A DNA stretch of 64,000 bases. Source: Hydrolagus colliei. Lineage: Eukaryota. Below are positions 53,901-64,000 of the stretch, one piece after another; positions within the stretch are counted from its first letter, which is position 1; each line of letters begins with the position of its first letter. The notes beneath the pieces were generated by a model. The model was not told where the DNA came from. It did no database searches and worked only from the letters and a program-made list of their open reading frames with translations. Position numbers and translations under genes: made by a program. The stretch is from the NCBI GenBank assembly GCA_035084275.1, contig CM068748.1:7192001-7256000 (forward strand). The letters run 5' to 3'.

Positions 53901-56900
53901 TTTGTCAAAAAAAAATCAAAGAATATTGTCCTACATAAAAGGATCAGGTTGGCGTTGGCTCACATGATTTGGGTATCAAAATAAAGACTAATGACTAATG
54001 TGAAACAATTGGTCAGATGAAAATACTGCCAGCTGTAAATTGGGCCTAACAAGCTCATGGTGCAACGATAGATCAAGTCCGATATTGGTGTACATGATAT
54101 TACACGAACGGGCCAAAGCAGAACCTTACTGCAAAAGGCATTAAGAGAATGTTGCACAATAGTCCCTGCCCATATCAGTTTACCTACTTGTCGCATGGAA
54201 ACTATTCATTATAACTTGCCCTTTACTTTGAAGATTCAACTTAAAATTCCACGTGTTTAGTATAGTAACCTGGATTTTCTGGTTGTATCCAGCATGAACA
54301 TTGCTAATCCTAATCAGAACAAATTGATATGCATGATAACCGGTTCAGTTACTTGAAAAATGGTTTGCAAAGAACTGAGCCAGTTTGTTTCAAAATTTGG
54401 ATAGAAGTTGTCCTAGATAGTATACAGGAATGCATGTAAACTACTTATTACATACATACTGTACATTCCTTAGCATTCATTGGTACATCTGAGTCCCGTA
54501 GATCAGTGAGTGGTTAGAGCACTCGCCTTACAAGTGAGAAATCTGCGTTTTATACCCAGCAGGGCAAAACTGGACAAGATTCCTTACTCCACATGCCTGA
54601 TAATCCCTCAAGAAAAAATTAAATAGTAATATGGTCATTCAATCCACAATTGTCTGTGGGACACTGCTGTGCGCAGTTGGCTGGCACATTTCACCATCAA
54701 AATATATAGTCAATTTACTTTTCAGTATATTCTGTGAAGTGCTTTGAGACGTAGCAAAGACGTGTTAAGGCGCTATATCAGAATGCAATATTGGTAAATG
54801 TTTGTTTGGTAAATATTTGCACTTGGTTGCATTTCTTATATATTTGCAAGGATTTAATTCCTGTATTGCTGCTAGATTTGGTTAAAGGATAATTGCAATA
54901 TATCAACTTTCATTATTTGTAACTTGGTCCAATTCGCTGCCACATTCCATCGACAAATATACAATTCACTTTACAGTACATTCTGTGAAGTACTTTGAGA
55001 TATCTAGAAGACGTGAAAAGCACTTTGTCAAATACAATTATTATTACATATGGTTCACGATCAAACAGTTTTGATAATTTACATTTCCTGTGCAGAAATT
55101 GATACGAAAATATTTATTCTTGCTATAGCTTAAACTATCTTAAAAGTGATTATTCGATTATATATTATTTTGCTGAACACAAATAACCCTCTTCAATACT
55201 GGAGTGCTTTCTCTGTCTGCAGAACAGTGTTCATGGGCCAGTATGCAATTATTGGAGTATTATTTGGGGTTGAATACTTTAATTACGAAAATTAAATACT
55301 GCCACCAGAAGCAATCTACCTACTCTTTAGGTGGAGTTAATCATCCAGTTACCAATTATTGTACTACAGTATTCACTTACCCTGTGCCCATTTATGCTTA
55401 CATTCCATTGGTTAAATCATTCAGGAGCTAAAAATGGTTGGGGGCAAATGGGTTTAGGAAATTATCTAAGCTAACCACTAAAACGTTAAATCCAATCATT
55501 AACATACAGAGAAGTTCACCACATTCAGTGATCAGTGTATAAAACAATAGATTTCAGAACCAAATATTAACCACACATGTTTACTCAGTAGTGTTGGTAT
55601 AGTAATTATTCTACACCCAAGAGCCTTATTGTCACAGCAGAGAATGGGTACTTAAATAAGAGTTTTCATTAGAGGGAGATCCTGAGGTTACAAATTTCCA
55701 GAAGGAATAATTCTGATCCAACTCAGTTGCAAAATACAATTATTTATTATCCTCACGGACAGAGAAATAATGAACCATTGATGAGTTATCAATTTAATTT
55801 TCAAAAATAAGTAAAATTACTTTTATTTAAACATTTTTTGTTTCCAAACATTTTCTGAAAAGTTGCTAGCAAGCTTTGATTCACAAAGTTTCTTGTTCAT
55901 TTGCAAGGTCAGTGGTTTCTGCACCACTGAACGGATTACAGTCTTGAAGGGGAAAACAAAGGTTCAGTTTACACCGCAAGTATGAGATCACTATTTTGAC
56001 TCCACTCTAACAAATATGCAGAGCAAATTCTTGTGGTTCTCAAGTTTAAAACCAATAAAATGTCTGAACTCATGACTATAAATTATAACAGTCTGAATCC
56101 CACCGAGTCAATGAGTCAATCACTTGACTGATCACAGTTCAATATATAAATCCAGGTATGTGTACGCACAAGATACATTCCCAGTCTATTCCCAATAGAT
56201 TTATTCAATTACATGCTTGAGTTGAAAAAATTATAAATAAAATTACCAGTTCAAAGCGATTATTTAGTTCCGTATGAGCAATTTTTCCAAAGACCACATC
56301 TGGCTGCATGAAGTGAGCTTAATAATGCATTAACATGTTACATAATATCTGATTATCTACAACAACCTGCATTTATACAGCACCATTCCTTTAGTGTAAT
56401 GTCTCAGAGTGCTTTATTTGCACAAGAGATAGGGTTAAGGGTAGGAGGGGTGGGGAGCTGGCCAGAGGCACATTCAAAGATGTAAGATTTGGAATTGCAT
56501 TTAATTACAAAACGTGGAGTGAGACAGAGCTGTAGGGAGAGGGTGTTCCAGATGTTCATTTAAACTGTAGTCATAAAATAAATTCTAATCATCAAAACTG
56601 ACAGGAGTTCAGAAACAGATATTTAATGTCCGGTTTAAGTTACAGCTGTAAAACTGATGTTTGTAGCAATTGCCTGGCAAAGTATACAAAAAAATAAAAT
56701 TCAGTATGTCATTTAAATTTCTATCAGAAGAAAGAGGAAGGAAATCCAAATGATCAAATATAACCAAATCTTATAGCGTTTAGTTGCACTGCTGGCTGAT
56801 GACAAACAGCAGCTGCAAAATTTGGTTGCCAACTGTACTTACCTTTGACCCCTATTATATCCTCGGGGGGCCAGAAAGACACTTGTAAGCGACAGCAAAG

Positions 56901-58284
56901 TTGCTCACACTAAAAGGACTGAATTATTGTGTTGGAGGCAGCAGAGACAGTGTGATGTGGGAGGGGAGCATAATAAATCACAGTACTGGTTTAACCAGCA
57001 ACATTAAGGCTTCAGGACAGATGAGGAAAAGGCACACTAATTACATAATTTTAAAAAAAGGTTACCCCAATGCTTGCATGCATGTCCTTTATTCTAAACG
57101 GTCAGTTATACATCATATTTCTGGTTAGGATTTAAGACTATGGATCCACTAAACTAGAGGTTCAGAAAACCTTCTGCTTCAGACCCCGCCTGGCCAGCTT
57201 CCTGTATACACCCTCACAGGAGAGTGGTTCAAAGCTGGCTGGTTAATTGTGATCACTATCACAGAAATTTCAAATGCTAGAAACATTTGAGAATGGTTAT
57301 GCTCACTGGCTATTTTCTTGTATGCTGAGCACATGCACTGGAGGCCAGCCAGTCAGCACCAACCTGACAACCTGAACGTGGAACTGTAGGCTATTTTTTA
57401 CTTTGTGGACCTAGAATATGCCTCTAATTTAATAAAAGCATCACCACGGATTACACAATTACTACTGCAAGCACCAGCCTCGTCTGAATTAGTTTTCAAG
57501 CAATGCTAGTGTTAATTTTATGTTAACTAGATGACTCTTTTGTGAAATGACTCAGCATTCGAGTTGGCTGACAGCCATTTGTGATCATGAACTTAAACCT
57601 TCAAAACTATCTCATGGATAGAGGTTGCTCAAGGAAGAGTTTTGTCTTTGCTCTTCAGGGTAATCCTGGAGTAAAATAGGTCAACGCCAAAGGTTTAATC
57701 AATGCCAACCATGTTCTTCTTTATAGTTTCAAGTACAGCTACTGATTTGTGATTCAGTAAACCTCAAACAAGTCTTACCTTTATAAGTCATATAATTGCC
57801 TAAGTCGTACATGCACCAGAGTCCCATTCATTTTCCTACCAAACCCATTTGATTTTCTTTGCACTAGTCCTACGTTATAAAGCATCCCCTGCTGCACTTA
57901 CCGGCTGCATTAGAATTAAGGCTACCATCAATGAAACCAATGTCCATGTTGATCCTGTTATAATGTAGTGGTCCATAACTCAGATCCTTTGTTAAAACAG
58001 GAAGCACAAAATTCCAGAAATGTGTTCAATTTATCACTTGGAGGGTGCGACGCATAGCTTGGATATCAAAGAAACTATTTTCAACCATAATAGGTTATAA
58101 AGCGTATTTAAAAACAGAGAAGCCAGAATAACGTGGCATGTATAACTGTCAGCTACTTACCTGTTGGATTGTTTTGGAGTCTTTCTGTGGATTCTCTCTT
58201 GGTGGGATTTTTCCAAATAGCTTCCAACCAGGAGCACTGTGAGCAGGAGTTTTCTGTTCTTTTATCTTCTTGGTAAAAAAATTT
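38889..58284 (-). CDS. TBC1D12: TBC1 domain family member 12 (Rab-GAP TBC domain); exon 1 lies beyond the window end
   Basis: Exons in transcript order: 58284-58161, 48603-48488, 46506-46424, 45592-45475, 45364-45258, 45055-44975, 42873-42779, 42461-42390, 41525-41397, 40719-40610, 40322-40064, 38954-38889 (TAA), all in phase. TBC motifs [11 protein letters not shown] and GYVQGM; [11 protein letters not shown]; C-terminus SPPLKS. Adjacency to NOC3L and PLCE1 favours TBC1D12 over the paralog TBC1D14. Confidence 0.93.
39636..39844. mobile_element. MITE of the same Tigger-like family
   Basis: ta|CAGTAAAAGTCTATTTATCC...GGATAAATAGGCTTTTACTG|ta. Confidence 0.88.
40064..40322 (-). CDS. TBC1D12: TBC1D12 exon
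   Basis: [31 protein letters not shown]...KRWTQ. Confidence 0.95.
40610..40719 (-). CDS. TBC1D12: TBC1D12 exon
   Basis: [36 protein letters not shown]. Confidence 0.95.
41397..41525 (-). CDS. TBC1D12: TBC1D12 exon, Q-finger motif
   Basis: [43 protein letters not shown]. Confidence 0.95.
42390..42461 (-). CDS. TBC1D12: TBC1D12 exon
   Basis: [24 protein letters not shown]. Confidence 0.95.
42779..42873 (-). CDS. TBC1D12: TBC1D12 exon, R-finger motif
   Basis: [32 protein letters not shown]. Confidence 0.93.
44475..44737. mobile_element. Palindromic Penelope-like retroelement remnant with hammerhead-like core and 13-bp TSD
   Basis: Inverted arms 44484-44580 and 44602-44688; CTGACGA-A-GGGT..ACCC-GAAAC at 44604-44629; TTAAAATCAATGC at 44462-44474 and 44738-44750. 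Confidence 0.75.
44975..45055 (-). CDS. TBC1D12: TBC1D12 exon
   Basis: [27 protein letters not shown]. Confidence 0.93.
45258..45364 (-). CDS. TBC1D12: TBC1D12 exon, TBC start
   Basis: [35 protein letters not shown]. Confidence 0.95.
45475..45592 (-). CDS. TBC1D12: TBC1D12 exon
   Basis: [39 protein letters not shown]. Confidence 0.93.
46424..46506 (-). CDS. TBC1D12: TBC1D12 exon
   Basis: [27 protein letters not shown]. Confidence 0.93.
48488..48603 (-). CDS. TBC1D12: TBC1D12 exon
   Basis: [12 protein letters not shown]...[16 protein letters not shown]. Confidence 0.93.
52314..52370 (-). CDS. TBC1D12: Candidate 57-nt cassette exon of TBC1D12 ([19 protein letters not shown])
   Basis: Long pyrimidine tract and cag acceptor, GGG|gtatga donor, phase 0-0, no stop, TGCATG about 42 nt downstream. 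Confidence 0.55.
54491..54790 (+). mobile_element. tRNA-derived SINE, near full length
   Basis: GAGTCCCGTAGATCAGTG..GGTTAGAGCACTCGCC head; family tail. Confidence 0.85.
57902..57976 (-). CDS. TBC1D12: Candidate alternative first coding exon of TBC1D12 ([25 protein letters not shown])
   Basis: Kozak-type gttATGG, 25 codons, CCG|gtaagt donor, phase 0 matching the 48603 acceptor. Confidence 0.45.
58161..58284 (-). CDS. TBC1D12: TBC1D12 exon (first in window)
   Basis: [41 protein letters not shown]|gtaagt. Confidence 0.92.
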
Positions 58285-58532
58285 CTAGAGAAACAAGAAG
58301 GAGTATTGAGCAGTAATTTTACAGAGGTCGAAAGAGAGCATACAGATTTAGATCATTAGCACAAGTGTATGAAGTTAAACAAAATTATTAATGTTCAATG
58401 TTACCTTTCTTATTTTTTCTAACATTAATGTCTAGTGTGCTTTCTCTCATTATCTATCACCACAGTCTTCAGAATGCAATTAAACAAGTGAATGTAACAA
58501 AAAGTGCAAGGTAAGTCAGAGAGGCAGGAATA

Positions 58533-58785
58533 CACAACAACAACAAAATTGCACTTATATAGAACCTTTCAAGTTAGGAGGACACCCCAAAGTGCTGGTT
58601 GGGTCGGGAACCGAGCGAGGGGTGGGTGGGGTGGGGGGAATAGGGGTAAGTCCATCCTGCAGCCTCTCCGTCTTGCTTCCTCCCTTTCCTCCTTCAAAGC
58701 CTGTCTCAAGACCTTCTTCTTCGACCGCGCCTTCGACTCCCCCACCTAAATCTTCCCACTCTCCTTCCCCGACCACCCCCCCACC
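58533..58785. mobile_element. L2 LINE 3' end with internal inversion
   Basis: - strand L2 tail with (TTG)n at about 58533-58650; + strand ORF2 C-terminus LRLASSLSSFKACLKTFFFDRAF* and start of the 3'UTR at about 58651-58785. Confidence 0.7.
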
Positions 58786-59116
58786 TGTACTTGTTTAATG
58801 ACTCTGCCATGTCTTTGTCCCCTATTATAATTCCCCCTGTCTGCCTGTAACGGACCCACATTCACCCTTGATAGCCTTTTCCTCTTTATATATTTGAAGA
58901 AACTCTTGCAGTCTGTCTTTATGTTCCTCGCTAATTTGCCCTCATATTCTATTTTCTCCCTCTTGATCAATTTTTTGGTTCTCCTTTGTTGATCCCTAAA
59001 GCTCTCCCAATCCTCGGGTTTACTACTCACCTTTGCTGTTTTATAGGTTTCTTCTTTTAACTTTACACTTTCCCTAACTGCTCTAGATAGCCACGGTTGG
59101 ACCAACTTTCCCATGG
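58786..59116 (-). mobile_element. CR1-type LINE ORF2 internal fragment (endonuclease-RT linker)
   Basis: PWLSRAVRESVKLKEETYK..PEDWESFR..KREKIEYEGKLARNIKTDCKSFFKYIKRKR..VGPL. Confidence 0.8.
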
Positions 59117-60787
59117 TATTCTTATTCCTCATGTTGTCTGATTCCTGATATGTGGAAAGATCAGTACTAAATAAGGTTAAGGATCTAGGATTTTGTTCGG
59201 TAATAAACATAAAGCCTTTCCAGTCAGAAGACTAGGAGTCCCAAAACATCTTCCAAAAAAAATCTTGTCTTACAGTACAATGATATTTTGAAAACTGCGA
59301 GTTCAGATGAATGAATTCATAGTTTGCAATGAAGAAAATATGGAAAGAAAATAAGCTGTTTAGAATAGCAAACAAGCAGCCAAATAAAGCAGCTGAATCA
59401 CAATGCTGAACATAACCATCTTTCTACAAATTCTAATCTATTTGTATATGAACTACTCAAGAGAAAGCCACTGTTTTCCTCCATCAAGAAAGCTGCTTCT
59501 AGCTAAGTAGCTATAAAGCAGATTATAGTAATTAAATGTGACACAAGAAATTTATCACAGTTGCTGTAAGCTCTGGTTGGGCAAGGATCCGCAGAGCCTC
59601 AATAGCGAGTTGTAACATTTAGGAAGAACGATAGAATAGTTGTAGGTCCTTTCTCTCCAGTGGTTAATTATATATTTTAATAACATGAATTACATGTACT
59701 GTATATGTTAATTCCATGAGGTATGGTGCAGTGTTAACATAGATCTGTAATTGTGTTCACCAAAAGTCCCGAGAGTCTACTCTAATGCATATCGAATGCT
59801 AAACCATACCACAAACATAAACTATACTTCGAAAATTATTTCTATAAACCACAGCAAAATGAATCAAGTTAAAAATAAAACAACTAGCAGTTGTTTGGGA
59901 GCAACATCCTCCAGCACACACCTCTAAAGAAAAACTGATGAATCAAAAAAAAGCTAAACTATTAAAAGGCAGGAAAAATCTAATATAAAGTGCAAAATCA
60001 AACTCACGATTTAGATCAATTTTGGCAATTCTGCCAGCACAGTATGAACAAACGGACTATTACAATTTCCTCATTTTCATCTGATGTACGAAAGCCAATC
60101 TTCACCCTCCCCCACCCACCCCCTCCAACCCTACCACCACTCTGTTCCGTCGAAAGCCATTAAAGCTGCAGTCAACTCAAATTAATCTATCTCAACAGTT
60201 ATATTTATCCATGATCACTGATATGATTTTTAGCATGACAATTTCACTTGATATTCTTACCTAATTTATGCTGATCTGGAAAGCTTTCAAGACTCCTTTG
60301 TTCTCCAAAAACAAACTTTTACTTCTCTCTTTCGTAGCATAATTTTTCACATTTCATTCATGGTTATAGCATTTATATAGTACACTAAAGAATAAATGAG
60401 ATTGAGTTTAAAAGGTACCAAGACTGAACAATTTAGACATTTTGCTTTGTTAAACCAATATTACTATAAGACAAACTCAAGTATGAATGTAGATGGACCC
60501 TATTATGATTTACGGTGCAAGTCTACTTATAGGGTGTAGGGTAGGCCTGTTGTATACTTCCTGTTTCTGCCATTTCCCGTTTCAGGTGCTTCCTGATTCT
60601 GGCCAGATTCCTCCACACAATGTGTGCACATGCAACATACAAGACATGTCGTCAGCAGAAAACTGATAACCTATAATCAATGATAGGTGGTCTTTTTTAG
60701 TACAAGCCCTAATGTGGGGACTCAAACCACTGTAACAACCAGGGCAATCTGTATTAAACACCCGACTGAAAAGTCAAAGCTGATAAT

Positions 60788-61077
60788 GGAGTCCTGTAGC
60801 TCAGTGGTTAGAGAACCTGCTTTACTGGATTCAATTCCAGGCAGGACAAAACCCTGGGCAAATTTCCTTACACCACATGCCTGATAATAATCCCTCAAAA
60901 AACAATAATAATTTAGTCATTTCAATCCACAACTGTTTCGGGGGCACTGCTGTGCACAATTGGTTGCTGCGTTTCACCAAAAAATATGCAGTTAATGCAC
61001 TTTACAGTATATTCTGTGAAGCTCTTTGAAATGTCTAGAAGACGTGAAAAGCACCATATCAAACTCAAGGATTGTTA
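60788..61077 (+). mobile_element. tRNA-derived SINE, near full length
   Basis: GGAGTCCTGTAGCTCAGTGGTTAGA head; family tail. Confidence 0.85.
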
Positions 61078-64000
61078 CTTTTATCTGATAAAGTACTAAA
61101 TTTGCTATTCTTCAATTACATCACCAACACTAAGCTAAAATTAGCATCTTTATCTTAAATACCACACTTCCCACGACCAAATATGCCACACATCACATGC
61201 AACAGCTGCTATACCAAAATTCTGACTTCTAACAATAATATTCAGACACTTAAAAGTACAGTTGCTCCAGTTTTGTGCTGTGCTCAGCTATAAAAGATTG
61301 ATCATGAATGCTTGAGCAATAACATTTCTTAAAGAGTTTCACTTTGAATCAGTAAGCTCCTGATAACTCTTCAATCCACAGGAAAAGGGTTCAACCAACT
61401 AGTTATCCAGAGTGACAAGTCAGATGTCGGTCCTCCCAGTCCACAAGGGGCGTTGTAACTGGTACGGGCACTCAGCAGAGGTTGGGCACCATTGCACTGA
61501 TGCATCGCAAAGGCTTCTGGTCTAATAGAATGGAGTGGGGGGCAGGTTGGGGCCCTCCAATAGATCAGAAGCCTCTGCGATGTAAGCAAGTTTGTGAGTC
61601 CAACCACCATTGAGAGCCTTTATAATTCACAGGATAGGGAGGGATATCTCTGTGATGCAAAATGGCAACTTATAGGATGAGTTATCTGAAGTACTTAGAA
61701 GAATTTCTGGAACGCTATTGGTTACGTTAGTAAAGCATAATCCCTTATTAATATTTTGCATTGGAAGCAGACAATTTGTTATTCAAATTCAACATCATAT
61801 GTTTCACATTTTAAAATAATACAGATCTAAAACTTCAAAGTCTTATTCTTGGGTTAAAGCAATTCACTATAGCAAGGTAGAGCAAGGTACATCCTACATC
61901 TCTTTATGTAATTATTATTAATAATAATAATCCTTGGATTTGATATAGTGCTTTACCCATCTTCAAGACATCTCAAAGCGCTTTACAGAACATACTGTAA
62001 AGTGAATTGACTGCATATATGTGGGTGAAATGTACATTCCCAGGACAGAAGAAAGTCATTGTATATTCGCCAGCTTTCTGTAAGGCCTATCAGATGAGTC
62101 CCTCGCCCTCATCTTTTCCCAATACACATTTCCTCATTCTGTACTTTTACTTTACATTGCAGATTTGACCAATTCCCCTTTTATAAATACTATTATGGAT
62201 TATGTTCCCGGCTTCTTTGCTCCTATGACTGGAAAAGGTTACCAAATACATTTTAAATGTAAACTGCTGCTGTTCAAAGTGGCAGATCTCAACCAGCAAT
62301 GAGTACCTTTAAGTGTTCTTTCAATTCAACACTCTTTAAAATTAAAATAACTTTAAAAATGTGGCATTAATGCTCTAATGCACTGCTTGTACTTCAATGA
62401 TGTCTTTCCACTCAAGAGGAATAAATAGGTTCGAAGTCAGCTCAGCAAATAAAAAAAATTGACCCTTGTAATGTAATATAAAATTAATGTTAATGCATCA
62501 ATGATCCAAAATAGAGCTTGGTTATTTGTGCAATTTGGAATTTATAGTATTGGCAGCTTTTTGTTCCAAGTTATTTCACAAAGTAATTAAATTTGTTAAA
62601 AACGCTGAAACTATAAAAGTAATTTGTTCCATAACTGTAGGAATCATGTGATGTTCAATCGTTAATGGGCCTTTTGTTCTGATAAAGTGGTTTGTAATGT
62701 TCGCAAATAAAGAAAATCACATTACCCATCAATAAAACCAACCAGATTAAAAATCTCTTCCAGTCGTGTACATTCCCATGCTGCAAAACCAAATTTGGAT
62801 ATTATTAAATTACTCAAATAACCAGAGCACATGGAATAATGAAATCCATGGAGCATCATTTGAGTTATTCCCTACTTAACACCATAAAATATTGTTAGTA
62901 GGGGATTGCTTCCTTTGCAATTATTATTTTGTAAATTTTAGACCCTACATCAGGCTTGACATTATGTTTTGTTAGATATTTCTTTCCCATAGTTGATCTG
63001 ACAATCTTAGAGTGGAAAGTGACATAATCCGAGCTCCTCTTGGACAAAAATCAACTTTTAAATAACATGAAGTTTTGTTTTATGGCCTTCAGATTGATTA
63101 ATAAAAGTTATTGCTTTCAGTATAATATACTTAATGCAACCTGGAGACAAGCATATATTATCTAAGAGACAACGTGATTATCTACCCCATTAATTGTTCA
63201 AAGCTTAACTTCATTCTTTGAATATCTATACATCAAATCGTCAAATCAATATGAAATTTTTACAGTTCTGAAACCGTTTCAAAAAGATTAATACGATTAG
63301 ATTAACACTCACAAAGATAGGATATCAATCCATATGGGGACTGATGTGAAACACACGGAGGACTGTTCCAGCAATCATTTTTGCCTTAGAAAATGTCAAC
63401 GATCAAACCCATATGCGCTCTGAGATGTTACCCTGTGTGGAGGGCACTATATAAAGGCAAACTATTATAAACACAAAATTCTAAGAAACCTATACAATTA
63501 TTTAACTAAAAAAAATGCTGTACCTCATTCAGTATTTATAAACTGCAGTGGCTGTTTGTGGGACATGGAGCGAATGACCAGATAGCCAATCTTCACAGTA
63601 GATATTTGAAGGCTATGATGTTATAAGACACTATTTCAAATGCAAGGATTATTATTTTAACAAAATACTTCAGGAACTACTTTGACCCAAGTTATTTTTG
63701 TAAATAATGACATTCACTCCACATTTCTTAACCAACTACTTTGAGGGAAATACAATTTTATTAAGAAATGAACTCAAGAAATGAACTTCTTGTATTCAGA
63801 GCAACATCTGCTGTCCATTCTACTTTGGTTTGATCCACAAAAATCTCAACCCCCCCATAAAGATTTATCTTACAGATACAGTAGAAGCAACCACTGTTGC
63901 TATAATTCAACAACAACAAAATTACACTTAAGACAGTCACTGTGTCAGATATTCAGATGTAAAATTTAAGATTTAATGTTCTCTGATAACTATCAAACAC

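Noticed and set aside
55375-57790. Other GTAAG donor-like sites in the large TBC1D12 intron (near 55381, 56843, 57779)
   Set aside because: In the required phase 0 each hits an upstream stop without an ATG or clear acceptor
58746-59210. 154-aa ORF as a host gene
   Set aside because: Fragment of CR1 ORF2 linker fused to flanking sequence; no endonuclease or RT domain
60788-60845. tRNA-like sequences (also near 12100-12172, 34445-34500, 35750-35816, 54491-54560)
   Set aside because: They are SINE heads: attached to the shared SINE body, variable or deleted anticodon arm, no intact acceptor stem

Overview
AT-rich vertebrate genomic DNA. The compact introns and the tRNA-SINE/L2/CR1/Penelope-type repeats suggest a cartilaginous fish, possibly a chimaera (inference). 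It holds three spliced genes, reconstructed by hand from GT-AG boundaries and reading-frame phase. (1) The 3' part of PLCE1 (+ strand, 13 coding exons 64-14309: X-Y linker, Y box, C2, RA1, RA2). (2) The complete NOC3L gene (- strand, 21 exons 34988-20873, 798 aa) with a GC/CpG-rich promoter. (3) TBC1D12 lacking its first exon (- strand, 12 exons 58284-38889). Most notable observations: a 263-bp palindromic Penelope-like insertion with a 13-bp target-site duplication and a hammerhead-ribozyme-like core; a candidate alternative first exon giving TBC1D12 a hydrophobic N-terminus; two in-frame candidate cassette exons with downstream RBFOX motifs (PLCE1 X-Y linker, TBC1D12); TBC1D12 oriented opposite to the human arrangement; a twin-priming-like inverted L2 end; a 189-bp near-perfect direct repeat around a PLCE1 exon; nested MITE/SINE insertions; and several hairpins. 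Homology calls come from recalled protein sequences and no database search was run. I see no evidence of a wholly new multi-gene system.
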